Shown here: one piece after another, positions 24,350 to 38,237 of the stretch
How positions within the stretch are numbered: the first letter of the stretch is position 1
Layout: each line of letters starts with the position of its first letter
Source: Eledone cirrhosa
Lineage: Eukaryota
Length of the DNA stretch: 64,000 nucleotides
Assembly: GCA_964016885.1 (NCBI GenBank)
Contig: OZ024744.1
Coordinates: 78,182,001-78,246,000, forward strand
Reading direction: 5' to 3'
Translations under genes and position numbers: made by a program
The notes under the pieces: model-generated
Databases searched by the model: none
What the model was told of the DNA's origin: nothing
Seen by the model: the letters and a program-made list of their open reading frames with translations, nothing else

Positions 24350-25804
24350 TTAAATGAGGGAAGAAGACGTGCAAGTTTGTGAGTGGGTATGCAGACGATA
24401 GGGAAAAGTGAAGCGTGTTGTAATGCCTGTAAGACTGGACCCTGCTTCAAAGAGCCACTGGCCAGTTCTCCATATAATAATATCCTCTTGGGAAGCCACT
24501 TGAGTTCCCAATTCAGTTTTGCTGTGCTGCTCCGTTAAATATTAGCCATTGTGCTGATGTTAACTTCAAAATGTTTAGAAGGTCATAATTTATTTATATT
24601 TTCATTTAATAGTTCTGATGATTCCAATTTTTTGTTTATTTAATTAATTAAGTAATAATTGATTATGTATCTACTTAAAATATGGATGAAACGGTTGTTA
24701 ATTTATTAAAATGAAATATAATTAACTGTTTTTATCTTGTGTATTATCATAATATATAGACAATATATATACAGTGTACCCCCAGTAATCATGGTCCCGG
24801 TTACTCACGGAATTTTCATTAGAACCTAAATAATAATTGTTCGTGGAAACCACCGCATATTTGCGGAATCGTAAATATATTCCACAATTTATTTTGTGGC
24901 AATATATATATATTTTAACACTAAATTATTAATAACAATATACCGTATTTCCTAGTCTATTGGACGCCCCTTTGCATAAGACGCTCCTTCTTTTTTTATT
25001 ATATTTTACATTATATTTTGACGTTTATAGGCATTTTAATGGACCACGTGCAATATTTGTGGTTTTTCACTCTTCATGGGTGCTCTAGGAACGTAACCCC
25101 TGCAAATACCCAGGGACTACTGTGTATATATATATATATAATGAATGAATAAAGATTAACATGGATAAACTGTACAGTAAGGTTTACTCCAAGTATTAAC
25201 ATATTTCATTGGCTAGTATGTGATCGAATGTATTTTATAATCGCTATCTGCAATGTTATTGTGAAATTCAAACACTACATCGAAGTAAACATCTTGTTGA
25301 GTCAACTACGCCACATGTTAAAATCCTCCACTGTACAGATTACTCATAACCTCTACTTGGATTACCTTAAATGATACCTCGTTTATTTTGATATATTTGG
25401 TGGTCGTGTAGGTGCCACAGTAAAAAAAGCACCCAGTACTCACTGTAAATGAGGTTGGTGTAGAAATCAAGCCAAAATCTGTATGAGCAAGACTTGGTCA
25501 CATGACCTGACATTGGCCACAACAGGACAACCTGTCAAACCCAGCATGGAAGAATGGACGTAAAATGGCGATGATGATGATATATATATATATATCAGAT
25601 AGGGTGTGGTAAAAAACCAGGTGGACCATAACTCACCAGAGTACTTGATACTTGGGGTAGTAGAGTTGGTCCTGAATCTTTTCATATATATATCATCATC
25701 ATCATCATCGTTTAACGTCCATCTTCCACGCTTGCATGGGTTTGGACGGGAGTTTTCCCACGTGAGGCAAGAGTGGTTGTCTTGCTCGCATAGGACTGTC
25801 TGGC

Positions 25805-25835
<31 letters not shown>

Positions 25836-27084
25836 CATAATATATAAAATTTGTCATTTATGTTGTATCCCTTTATGTCCTATATTTCATTTATTATAAA
25901 TCTACATATGCATGCAAAGAAGAAGTATTTGATTTGTTTAGACTGGAAGTTCTCAAACTTTTTTGTACCACCACCCCTCTCATGGCAATGCAATACCCTT
26001 GGCGCCACTCCTATATCCAGATAGACCTGCCTACACGCAAATTGTAAATAATATATAATAAATAAAATTGTTCATTTATATATAATAAATAAATATACTA
26101 TGTATAAATAAATATATATTTTTTTATTTTACTATATTTATATATAATATGAATCATTTGATATTTAATATATTATTTTATCATCTCTAACCCCCCCCCC
26201 CCCACCGACCTTCTCAACGCCCTCTTTGAAGACCTCTGCCGTAGACCGAGGAAGAACTTAGTGTGGGTGGCGGTTAGGGGTGTTTGGACAAATGAGTTAA
26301 ACCAAGATATATTCAGTCCCTCTATGTTGCTGATTTAATAGACAAAAGATGTGCAGATGATTATAGTGTTGATTATGATGATGATCATCGTAATCATTAT
26401 TCTGGCGTCGTGCAGTAATACAGAAGACCCGACTTCCCACGGGCACAGGCCGAAGCTGAAGCATATATAGAGTATGCACCATCCTGCCCCACCCACTCCC
26501 ATACATCTCCCATAAGGACATGCTGAAGTATACATCCTGTGAAGCCTCCAGCCCGCACTGTAAAGTGGTTGTGTAGGCATCACGACAAAAAGCCTCCAGT
26601 ACTCACTGTAAACGAGGTTGGTGTTAGGAAGGGTATCTAGCTGTAGAAACCAAACCAAAATCAGTTCTGTATGAGCAACACATGGTCACCTGACCTGGCA
26701 TTGCTTACAACAGGACAACCCGTCTAACCCATGCTAGCATGGAAAAATGGATGTTAAACGGTGAGGGTGATGATGATGTATATATATCACCTATATACAT
26801 CATCATTATGTCTGATTATTCATGTTTGCTTGAGTTGGTAAGGTCCTTTTCGACACATCCTCCCACTACTTGTAGCATTGCCTCTGTGAGGTTCAGTGTT
26901 TTGAGATTAGCTGTAGCCACCTTTGCCCAGATATTTCTCAGTCTTCCTCTTCTACAGCTTCCTACCAATGTCATCTCCCGGCATCCACTGTCACGACCCT
27001 GTCCTCATCATTTGTTTATTGGTTGCTTCACTCTTTTTAGCTTCCATAGATTGCTGTAACTATATTTTCTACATTACTCTGAAA

Positions 27085-27520
27085 GTACCTATGGTCATGA
27101 ATCTTTGGTACTGATCGAAAGAATACGAGCGCGAATACAAGCGACCAAAAAAGGGTTCTTCCGAAGGGTCTTTGGAGTAGCATTACACGATAAAGTGTGA
27201 GCTCGGAGATCAGAAAGTCACTCCAGGTAGAGCCACTACTCCGAATTGAGAGATCACAGCTCCAATACTATGGACATGTAGTTAGAATGTCTCAGGAAAG
27301 AATCGTCACTGAACAGATTTTACAGGCAAAACCAACCAGCAGGAGGCCCAGGGGTAGACCCCGAGCAAGATGGTTGGATAACATCCATGAGCTTGGCTGG
27401 TCACACTTGGGGATCCAGCCAGATCAGTTGGAGATGGTTGCTCTGACAGGACCCATTGGAGGGAGAGTTTGAGGACTCTGCCCCCCCCCCCCCCTCTCAG
27501 AAATAAGTGGGCAAAGAAAA
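27085..27520 (+). mobile_element. RTE-type LINE family 2, 3' end
   Basis: YGHESLVL..IRARIQA, SSEIRKSLQVEPLLRIERSQLQYYGHVVRM, RPRGRPRARWLD; copies at 44275-44580 (-) and 58185-58495 (+). Confidence 0.8.
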
Positions 27521-27911
27521 GAACAACTCTGAAAGTAAAATGATACCTGTGGATAACAAGTAATGGACCATTGATTCATCGGTCATTGACTCCTATCTAC
27601 TATAGATCTTTTGTCCTCACTCTTTCACCCTAAGGTTAAACACTTAATTCAACGTTGATTCAAATGTCTTGGTTATCATTAGGTTGTAGGCCTCCATCTA
27701 AGAAAGATTACCTATAATAGACTATTGGCAATCTTTGTGTGACTTACAAACACCTGTTGGCAACCAACTTTCATAAAGCCTATGTGTAGTGTAAAACATT
27801 TTAGTTACATTGCGAGTCACAATGAACAAGCAGACTATTTTGAAACTCAAATCAAAACATTGTGCTTATTCAATGGGTCATTGTGTTATTACTCTATTAT
27901 ACTGTTTAGGA

Positions 27912-28184
27912 TATTGTTATATTTGGGGAGGGTTATGTTCTAATATTACCAGAAAAATATATAGTAAAACTCACTGACAGTTTGGTTTGGTTTTCGCTTC
28001 AGTATATTTTTATATTTTTAACTGTTAGTTAATCAATGATAAACATTGATTGCCAGATAAGTTATTTATAGAAATATAAAAATATACTAAAGCAAAAACC
28101 AAGCCAAACCAAACAGTGAATGTATTTTACTATATTTTTCTGGCAATATTATAACAACATGACCCTCCCCAAATATAACAATAT
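27912..28184. mobile_element. Foldback/MITE-like element with long imperfect inverted arms
   Basis: ATATTGTTATATTTGGGGAGGG ... CCCTCCCCAAATATAACAATAT; single arms near 7095, 54560 and 59654. Confidence 0.7.
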
Positions 28185-28273
28185 CTGTTTCAACAAACGA
28201 TTTCCTATCAAAAACATTGCAAAACAAATATATTACTGTTTAGGATGTGTTAGGCAAATATATATATGTTATA

Positions 28274-28950
28274 TCTATATTATAATATAAAAGAAAGATG
28301 TTTATTGGTTGGCTGGTTCGTTGAATCACACGCACGCACGCACGCACACACGCACGCACACACACACACATCTAAAGAGAGAGAGGCAGAAAGAGAGAGA
28401 TTGGCTGTTATACAGAAAGAGATACAATTAAAGTGTTAGATATTCAGAGAGAGAGGAACGTCCCACAAAAGTCTAGAAACGGCTTAAACTATAGATACTT
28501 AGGTTCAACAATATTGCGTTAACTTTTATAAATTCGTTTTACAGTCTTTTATTTTACAGAACAAAGAAAAATTGATACTATTTGAAATTAATCTACCCTC
28601 CAGCTTTTATCCATATATTACTTACAGATCATATTAACGAAGCAACACTTCAGAAGCAATGTTATGCGGTACATTGCTGCGTTTTAGATGACTTCCTTTG
28701 GAGCTGAAAAAGATCATACTGACTTTGGTTATTTCACAACATTTAAAATCCAAGGCCAATGCTACCATTTAATCGGCCGTTTACTCCCCCTAATAAGAGT
28801 TTTATGATTTTTTTTTTTTTTATGTCTCTCTCACACACTCACACATTACGGTCTCACCTGATACCAGACAACACATCCAGAACAGTTGTTTTCTCTTTTA
28901 TCCGTCTTCTCTTAACTGTTTTCCTGGGCAAAGCCAGGTACCTCAGCTAG
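28274..28950 (+). mobile_element. Complete non-autonomous Helitron
   Basis: A|TCTATATTATAATATAAAAG 5' end; subterminal hairpin CCTGG-GCAAAG-CCAGG, then CTAG|T. Confidence 0.8.
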
Positions 28951-29026
28951 TACTAAGATATATAACAGACACTAGATACAAACTGTAGATAATTATTTCA
29001 GCTTACAGTCAAGTCACATTTATAGA

Positions 29027-29537
29027 TTTCTTTATTTGCCACAAGGGCGCACAAGAAAAGGGGACAATACAAAGACATGCTGGGGATTTTACATACAGTC
29101 GTGTAAAAAAATATAAAACAAACAATTACAGCAATCGAAATCCCCGATAGGGGGGAAGCGCCACAAATGGGTTGTTTAATACCCCGTCGATAGAACAACC
29201 CTCAACACCAGGAGCGTGTTCTGCAAGTGCTCCTTTCTTCCTTTTGCTCTCTTCTTTAACCTACAGGCTTATTAACAGAGAAGGCCCAATCACTCGGGCC
29301 ATTTTTGCCAGTAAATTTACTGGGGTGCAGTGCCTCTCTCTCCACTCTGATTCTCCTTCTAAAGTGATACTTAAAGAAGGGAATCAATTGTTGTCCAGAG
29401 AGAAAGGCATCTGTCCTCAGTCCTCTCAATCTCGTCCACCATATAACTTCTTTCACCATAGCCACTGTACAGCTGAAAACCGCCTCTCTTTCATTTTTGA
29501 AAGAGGCTGGCGTAACCGACCTGTGGAACTATGCAGA
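29027..29537 (-). mobile_element. 5'-truncated L1/Tx1-like LINE with 22-bp target-site duplication
   Basis: ACAGTCAAGTCACATTTATAGA at 29005-29026 and 29538-29559; ORF remnant MVKEVIWWTRL..RRRIRVERE; AATAAA at the 3' end. Confidence 0.8.
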
Positions 29538-30037
29538 ACAGTCAAGTCACATTTATAGACAGGCAACAATAAGCATTTTAAGGCCATATTGACACTGCTA
29601 AAGCAGGGTTTAGCCTTGTGAGCCCTATGACAGGCCATATTCTTGTTATGGGATCTCTTTTGAAGCATGTTTTACTGCCAGATGTCTTTCTTGGCACCAA
29701 TATTTTTCCCATGCAAAATGTTGAGCAGATTAATGGAGAATTTTGAGAGATTGACTGAAATTATTAATTATTTCATTATTAAGGTGGTATTTGTAAGATA
29801 ACTTAACAAATGGTTCTTATATCAAATTATGTAAGATTTTAATTTAAATCTCTTATTGTCCTGTAGCACATGAAACTGCATTAGTAAGACATTCTTGAAA
29901 AGTACAAAATAACACTATTACTATATCAGATTAAAAATCAAAGTCTTTTCTCTAATACTAATAATAATTTTCACAATGATCTATTCAGTAATAAAGGTAC
30001 TATAAACATTTGAATTAACAAACCCATTTTTTTAATA

Positions 30038-30385
30038 CTAGGATTTTTTTCAACACGCTGACGTGTATGTATATATGTGTGTTCATGTGTGTATGTGCAT
30101 ATGTATGAGTATATAAATATAAACACGCAAACACAGACACACTGACAGACATTCATTCACACAAACACACACACACACACATACATTTACACAAACACAC
30201 AGACACACATTTACACAAACATACACACAGACATTTACAGAAACACATACATTTTCACACACACATACATTTACACAAACACACACATTTACAGAAACAC
30301 ACACACACACATACATTTACACAAATACACTCACACACAGCATTGGGTGACGGGTGGAGAGAAGTCACTGAAATTTATATATAGA
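30038..30385 (-). mobile_element. Short Helitron-like element with internal (CA)n, inserted in another repeat
   Basis: A|CTAG ... TATATAGA|T ends; flanks rejoin to the repeat seen uninterrupted at about 11190-11267. Confidence 0.65.
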
Positions 30386-30699
30386 TATTTTCTGCTATGT
30401 CATTATAGGATGTTAAGAGTTAAATAAAAACATTTTAAAACAAGTGTGGGTTTTGTTTTTAGTGGTGGGTGGGTGAGTGGATGGGTTAGTAACCACCCAC
30501 TATTTATTTATAGAAGGGGAGAAACAGATTCCAATATTTCAATCTCCACTTACTAAACATTGCACGATACAACATGCAGCATGGCATAATGAGGTTCTGA
30601 CACGTTTCTATTCCAGACATGTGTTATGTGTTGTATAACTTAATACAACAAACTATATTTCTCAGATTCTTTTATTTACTCTCTGACAGCTTGTCTCAC

Positions 30700-30881
30700 A
30701 TGCCACCTGTTTACACATTTACACATACTTACATATTCATACTTGTATACAAACACACACATACACACATGTTGACAGACGTCTCACATTGACTTACAGG
30801 CAGGTACACTTTACACACACACACACCTCACAGAGACACACACCGCACACAGTCACATGCCACTCACAGGTACTTTTCACA

Positions 30882-30919
<38 letters not shown>

Positions 30920-31532
30920 ACTCACAGTCAGCCACACACATCAAATAGCCCCATGCCGCACATACACACACACATAAAATGGCACACACCACACACACAG
31001 TCACATACCACGTACAGACAGGCACACATAGGTACACTTCAGACACACACACACACACACCACTCACAGTCAGCCACACACATCAAATAGGCCCTCACCA
31101 CACACAGACACACAAGCACTCAGGCACACCATGCAGAGTCACACATACACACACATCAAATAGGCCCTCACCACATATAGACTCACACCTCTCACACACA
31201 TGTGCACTACTTATAGATATACACGCTTCACACATACACTTTACACACACACCTCACACACACACCTCACATTGGTATACACACACACACATCTCACACA
31301 TACAGCACAGTCACTCACCTTACATAGACACACACACACACACACATACCGCTCGCACATAGAAACACACCATACATACAAACACGCACATGCACATACA
31401 TACAAACACGCACATGCACATACATACATACATACATACACACATACACACACACCTACACATACACAGCTTACACATGCACATACATACATACACACCT
31501 ACACATACACATACACAGCTTACACATGCACA
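30700..31532. repeat. CA-rich low-complexity/compound microsatellite
   Basis: direct reading. Confidence 0.9.
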
Positions 31533-31840
31533 CGTTATTATGTGGTCAGGCAGTGGTGGGCTGGAAAATATAAGTTTTCTGTTTGTTACCAAATAACCAA
31601 TTTAATATACTCTTGGGTCCCAAAAAATAGGGGAGGGTGGGGTGGAATAAGAAGGGTGGTGGTGGTGCTGGACATTTGCTCAAATTCTTATAAGCGGGAG
31701 GGGAGTGGAATATGCGGTGGGGTGTTGGTAAATCAGTAATCGTATAGTGTATGTTTGTAAATATGGGATTTCTTATAATGTTCTTTTCTTTTTGTCGTAT
31801 ATAATGTTTTTTTAATGTAAAATAAAATAATTATTATTAT

Positions 31841-32030
31841 AGGGTGGATTGGCAGTATTGGTAGAGGGTCGGACGCCATGCTGTGCAGCATAGAGTTACG
31901 GCCCTTTACGGTCTGAGTTCAAACCCCGCCGAGGTTAACTTTGCCTTTCATCCTTACGGGGTCGATAAAACAAAGTACCAGTAATGCACTGGGATAATTG
32001 CTGGCCTTGTGCCAAAAGTAGAAACAATTG
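31841..32030 (+). mobile_element. tRNA-derived SINE family A
   Basis: same head and body as 4949-5148. Confidence 0.8.
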
Positions 32031-32327
32031 TTAGATTCTAGATTCGCCAGCTGCTGTATCAATATGAATCACTTACAACAAAATTTCACTAGAGATGCTA
32101 GCGTGGAAGATGGACATTAAACGAAGATGATGATAATCATGATGATGATCATGATGATGATGATAGATTAGCTTAGCAAAATTTAATAAAAGTAGGTGGT
32201 GGAAAATATCTGAAAATTTAATGTAGGGGTGGGCGATTATTCAACACCTGAGACCTGAGAGTGTTTTTTTTTTTAATTAAAAAAATTTCATATTGTTATA
32301 ATGATATTTTTGTATTTCTTGTCACAG

Positions 32328-32458
32328 CTATTGTTGTTTGGTCCCATCAAGAACTGAAAATATTTGTTGATATGTTCAAGCGCCAAGTATTTGGTGGAAA
32401 ATCCAATCTTTCAATTATTGCAGAATGTGTGATGCTAGCAAGACAACACTGCCAAGAG
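32328..32458 (+). CDS. EXOC8: EXOC8 coding exon 6 in window
   Basis: gtcacag| ... GAG|gtaaag; AIVVWSHQELKIFVDMFKRQVFGGKSNLSIIAECVMLARQHCQE. Confidence 0.96.
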
Positions 32459-32689
32459 GTAAAGTTCATTTCTAATATTCTTATATATAAATATTTTAAA
32501 TTAATAAATGAATATTTTAAAATTTTCATCCATTTATTTATTTATTTATTTATTTATTTTTCTTCTATTGAGGTTTTGGATTTTTTCCCATTTCTTCGAC
32601 ATAAAATGGAGTGGGGGTCAACTTATATTCGAGTAATATTCTGTAAATGAAATTTGGTAGAGAAAACTGTGTAGAAGCCCATCATATAT

Positions 32690-32990
32690 CATCATCATCA
32701 TCATCATCATCATCATTTCATTTTACGTCCGCTTTTTCCCTGCCTGCAAGGGTGGGACGGGAACTGATTCTGGCTTGATTTTTACAGCTGGATGCCCTTC
32801 CTAACACCTCCACGACCACTTTACAGTGGAATGAGATCCCTATCATCTCATTTCTACAGCTGAGTAAACTGGAACAATGTGAAATAAAGTGTCTTGCTCA
32901 AGGAAACAACACATCACCCGGTCTGAGAATTGAACTCACAACCTTTCGATTGCAAAGCCAATGCTCTAGCCACTAAGCCATGTGCCTCCA
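32690..32990 (-). mobile_element. SINE family B with shortened RTE tail
   Basis: reverse complement of the 12471-12862 head; (CAT)n tail. Confidence 0.75.
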
Positions 32991-33112
32991 TATATATATA
33001 ATATATATATATAATATATATATATAATATATATATATAATATATATATATAATATATATATAATATATATATAATAAGAAAATGTGAAGTAGTTTTAGA
33101 TGTTAAATTCCT

Positions 33113-33188
33113 TTATTGATACATATTTCAATGACGACAGTGGCCATGTGATTTCACGGAACCAGTGTCGTGATTTCATCAGACAGCT
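33113..33188 (-). ncRNA. Hammerhead-like motif (intact core and stem II, poor stem I)
   Basis: minus strand CTGATGA-AATCACGACA..TGTCGTCATT-GAAA-TATGTA-TC; (TA)n follows on its 3' side. Confidence 0.45.
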
Positions 33189-34375
33189 TCATTACATAAT
33201 AAGGTTATGTTCTCGAGGCAATCCAAACTAAAACGGCAAGGGAATGGACAAAGATATTGTTTGAAGGTGCATGGCTTAGAGATTAAGGTGTTTGGCTCAT
33301 GATCAGTAGGATATTGCTGAGGGGATGCAAGGGTACAGCTGCACCCCACTAAAAAAATTATTGTTGGAAAATTTAGTAATTTTTGTTGATAAATTATTCA
33401 TTTTTTGGGGAAATTATTGAATTTTTGCACCCCCAAAAATGAAAGGAACTATACACTTATGCTCATGATTTGTAACGTCTTGAGCTCAACTTCTGGTGGT
33501 GTGTTGTGTTCTTGAGCAAGACACTTTGTTTCACATTACTTCAGTATACTCAACTGGATAAAATGAGTTTTCCCTGTAATTAAGACACCAGCCTCATCAC
33601 ATACTATATCATGCTAAATCTTCCTGAGAACTATGTTAAGGCTGCACATTTTTCTGTGAAATACTCAGCCACTTGCACATTCATTTTCATGAGTAGATGC
33701 TCTATTGATCGAACAACTGGAACATTTGTTCTAGGAACCTATGGATGTTCAACATCTATATATTTTTGTGTGTGTATATCTGTGTTTGTTTATGTCCTGT
33801 AACTTAGCAGTTCAACAAGAAGGGATTGATAAAATAGGAAGCAAACTTGAAAAAAAATAAGTACTGGGCTCAGTATGATTGATTAAAATCCCTTCAGGGC
33901 AGTTTCCCAACATGGATTTCATTGGAAATATGGTAATGAAAGGATTAATGTGTGACTGTAAGGTAGTGAATTTGCAGCAATGCCATTAGAGTGTTAGATA
34001 CAATGCTTTGTCATGCTTTTTTCCAGCACTTTGCTCTCTGAGTTCGAATCTCACTGAGATCAACGTAGCCTTTTATCCATCTAGGGTCGATAAATAAAAT
34101 ACCAGTTAGGTACTAGAGCTGGTCCTTCCTCCCATTGACCCCCCCTCTCTCTCTCTTCCTCCTACATTTACGAGACCAAGAGATATGAGTTCACATCACA
34201 GCTCTACCAATACTTTCAACAGTAGTCCACTATCCCTGTTTCTTAGATACAAATAACATACTCATGATCCCACATTAGCTGAGTTTGGTACAGACCTATT
34301 GCCAAAAGAGGGTACTGGATAGCATTGATCCCTCCCCCTACTTTTCAAACGCATACACTCAGACTTAGAAAATTC

Positions 34376-34862
34376 AATCATCATCATCATCACCGTTTTA
34401 TGTCCGTTCTTCCACGCTAGCATGGGTTAGACGGGTTGTCCTGTTGTGGGTAGTAGCCGGTTGGCTGACCATGCCTTGCTCATACAGGAACTGATTCTGG
34501 CTTGATTTCTACAGCTGGATGCCCTTCCTAACACCAACCTCATTTACAGTGAGTGCTGGGTGCTTTTTTTCCGTTGCACCTGCACGTCCACTTTATAGTG
34601 TGGGCTGGGTGCTTTTTGCAGTGGGAGGGGGGCATATTGTCTATATGCTTCAGCTTCGGCTTGCACCCGTGGGGGGGGGGGGGTCTTCTGTATTACTGCG
34701 TGATGCCAGAGGTCACAGTCGTGTGTCATCACCTTTGAGAGGTGTAATTGGTTAAGTTCGGCTTTTATCACCTCATCCCAGGTCTTCTTGGGTCTCCCCA
34801 CTCCGCGGCTTCCATCGACTTCTAGTGCTCTGCACCTTATTATGCAGCTGTCATCCTTCATA
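34376..34862 (-). mobile_element. RTE LINE 3' end (end of ORF plus 3' UTR)
   Basis: MKDDSCIIRCRALEVDGSRGVGRPKKTWDEVIK; (CAT)n tail. Confidence 0.85.
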
Positions 34863-36469
34863 TGCTGTATATAAAAAAAGAAAAGAAAATGAGAGATGTA
34901 ACTTTAGTGTTACTTAAGTTATTTAATGCAAGGGAGATTATCAAGAAATGCTTGGCTACGTGATGGCTTGTAAGTGGGGTAGGAAGACATTTAATAATGC
35001 TAAGTGGAGTTTGTATCTGTAGATTATCACTGACATGTCTTGCAGGATTATCACATTTAAAATGTATAGCAAAATAACTACATAGATTTTTAAATGAATG
35101 TATTACTGAAATTAGAATGGGATTGTAATATAAATAATGTGTGTGTGTGTGTATCATCATCATTATCATCATCATCACCGTTTAACGTCCATTTTTCCAC
35201 ACTTGCATGGGTTAGATGGGTCATCCACGCCGGGAGCAAGTCTGGCCCGGGTTGGCCATGTGTCGCACCTTGCGCAGGCAAGGACTGTAAATTTGGCTGG
35301 GTATTTTACAGCTGGATGCTCTTCCTAACACCAATCTCATTTACAGTGTGGAATTATATGTATATATATATATATATATATATGAAGGCACATGGCTTAG
35401 TGGTTAGAGCATTGGGCTTCCAATCGAAAGGTTGTGAGTTCAATTCGCAGACCGGGTGATGTGTTGTTTCCTTGAGCAAGATGCTTTACTTCACATTGCT
35501 CCAGTTTATTAGCGTGTAATGTTAAGTTACTATTGGTTCACCAGTTTCATCATGTGATGCCTAACTGAGTTCAGTTTCTGGTGTAGTATTGTACTTTTGG
35601 TATTACACAGTAGTTGGTCTCCTTAAGAAGCAGTGTTAATAAGTAGTAGTAATCCCTAGAAAGAAACAATGTAGATATTAATAATAAGAATTGAAATTAA
35701 TGCATGCAAGATTTCACAGCACTAGCATCACTCCTTTATAGCCAGCCTATGAACTTTTCAGCTGACCCTTGTGTATATTTATATATATATATATATATAT
35801 ATCATCATCGTCATCATCATTTAATGTCTGCTTTTGCTCCTAGCAAAGGTAGGATGGGTGAAAATAGACAAAGTCAGTACTGAAGCAGAGCCACTGACAG
35901 GCCAGGAAGATCTGTATCCCGCTTACGTACAGTCATTATCGAGTCCCTTTCGTTAAACCACCCAAGAAACCTATGAGATGATATGACTGGACTCCCTATT
36001 ATTAAACCACCCAAGAAACCTACAAAATATAAGCTCATAGGAGGCCATGTTGAAATATTAGGTGTAAGAGCTGTAACAATTGTATGTTTTATGGAAATAG
36101 GATTACAAGTTCAATATCCAACTCTTCTTTCTTCTAAAGAAAAAAAAGGTCATCTGCTCACTGAGGGACTTTGAACTTTGCACTCCATTCCAACATAACA
36201 AACATCAATTTTACAATGGCAAACTGTGATACCTTGTTACAGATAAATGAACTGGATTGCTGGAAGTTATATCATCATCATCATTTAACATCCATTTTCT
36301 TTTTCAGCAAGGGTTGGGCAGGTCTTCAAAGTCCGACTTAGGAACTCAAGTAGGGTTACTAACTTCTCAGACAGGCCAGGTGCCTACATCTCACTTACAT
36401 ATAACCCTGGTGTTCAACTAAGTGCTTTTTATCATGACACCAGCACTAAGGAGGTTGTTATATCTTTAA

Positions 36470-36642
36470 CTCTTTAGCATTTAAACAGCTGTAACTGGCC
36501 ACTCATACTGATGTTAAGTTATTGTTTTCAAAATAAATAATATCAAAATATCATAGATTTAATATTATGAGGTAATTATATGAGGTAAAGCCTTTACCAC
36601 AAAATATAATAGTTTATATAGAGTAATGTAAATGCTAAAGGG
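36470..36642 (+). mobile_element. piggyBac-type MITE
   Basis: TTAA|CTCTTTAGCATTTAA ... AATGCTAAAGGG|TTAA. Confidence 0.8.
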
Positions 36643-37292
36643 TTAAACACAGCTGAAGGGTCCTTCCGACCCTTTGTTTAACGAGCTTTCTACGGCTGGC
36701 CTTGTGTCAAAAGTAGAAACAATTATTATATGCTCTAAATTTATTAAAAACTCTTGACCAAAATTTCTAATAGTAAATTAATTAAACCTTTTTATTATCA
36801 TATTTCTACCGAAATACACTGTATTTCAATTAATTAATGAAGAATTTGGAGAGATCTATTTCATTATTAACATAGCATTTGTAACAGAACTTAATGAAAG
36901 GTTTATATATAAAATTTTGTTGTAAAGTTTAAATTCAAATAGGAGTTCTTTAACTCTTTCATGACTGCATTTATAATGAAATATATTCTATTTTAATTAA
37001 TTAAGGAAGAATTTTGAAGTATTTACTTAAATTATTATTTATTTCATTACTAAGATAGTAACTTAACATATGATTCTTATATAAAATTATGTTGGAAGAT
37101 TTTAATTTAAATTGGAAACCTTTAAAATGTGTGGTTTTATTTCATAGAACCAGAGCTAGTTTTTGCCAGGTTAGTAATAAAAGGGTTGGAATGGATAGTT
37201 TTGTTTGTTCTGTACATAAAGCAAGAGCTGGTTTGGGGTGGGTGGTGTATTGGTATCAAAAGGTTTTAAATTTTGATATTTTTCTTTTTCAG

Positions 37293-37412
37293 CTCCATTC
37301 TATTGGCCTTGACCTTAGCTTCACACTGGACCTGTTTATTAATGATGATATCAAACGTGTTATACAGGAAACAAAGGATCACATCATTGAGGGTGTAAAA
37401 TACAGAGCAGCT
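37293..37412 (+). CDS. EXOC8: EXOC8 coding exon 7 in window
   Basis: tttttcag| ... GCT|gtaaga; LHSIGLDLSFTLDLFINDDIKRVIQETKDHIIEGVKYRAA (IGLDLxF motif). Confidence 0.95.
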
Positions 37413-37530
37413 GTAAGATATTTACCATTGAAATATTTTTTTTAAACAATTGGTTGTTGGATTTAATGTGCAATTTGTGAGTTTTATGAAAGATCATATC
37501 CGTTGACGCACAAACGCACGCACACACACG

Positions 37531-37561
<31 letters not shown>

Positions 37562-38237
37562 TATATATAACAAAAGTAAAGAAGATCGCTGGTATAAATA
37601 CAGCGTCCTCCGGACAAGAGAGAGGGAAGGGTATCTCATAATTAAGGAAACTATGAGTCTGATGAGCTATCAGTTCCAGAGTCGGGCACTATCGCTACTG
37701 ATTGAACCTTGAGCTGATTAAAACAGAAAACAAAAGCAAAATTGAAAGTTTTTTATATCACATTTAAATAAATAGATATCTTCAACAAAAACTTAAAAAA
37801 TTCTTTTTATCCAAATCTGTAAAGTGATTGGGGATAAGAAGGGCATCCAGCCATTGCAATCCTGCCACGGGTTGAGAGGACCTTCAGTTGCGTCAAAGGC
37901 ATGAAAACCTCTCCCGAGCACTCAATGGAATGTGAAACCTTACATAAGCACACAGGTCCCTTTTTTGCTTGGGAGATCAGTAGCTCTGCTTCAGTACGGA
38001 CTTGGTCTATATGGACCCGACCAATTCTTGCTAGCAGGGTAAGATATTTTCAGGCATGAAAACATTTTTGGCACAATTGAGTGAACCAATTTTCTGGTCA
38101 GCAAACCTGGCAATCAATGAGATATATCATTACAGCTCAGATCAGATTATTGATTGAACAACTGGAACACTGGAACACTCATGAAAACGGAGTTAAATTT
38201 GTTCCATTATATACCAGGTTATCACGATAACTTGCTA

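Noticed and set aside
30083-31739. HT/CV-rich ORFs
   Set aside because: Translations of (CA)n low-complexity DNA
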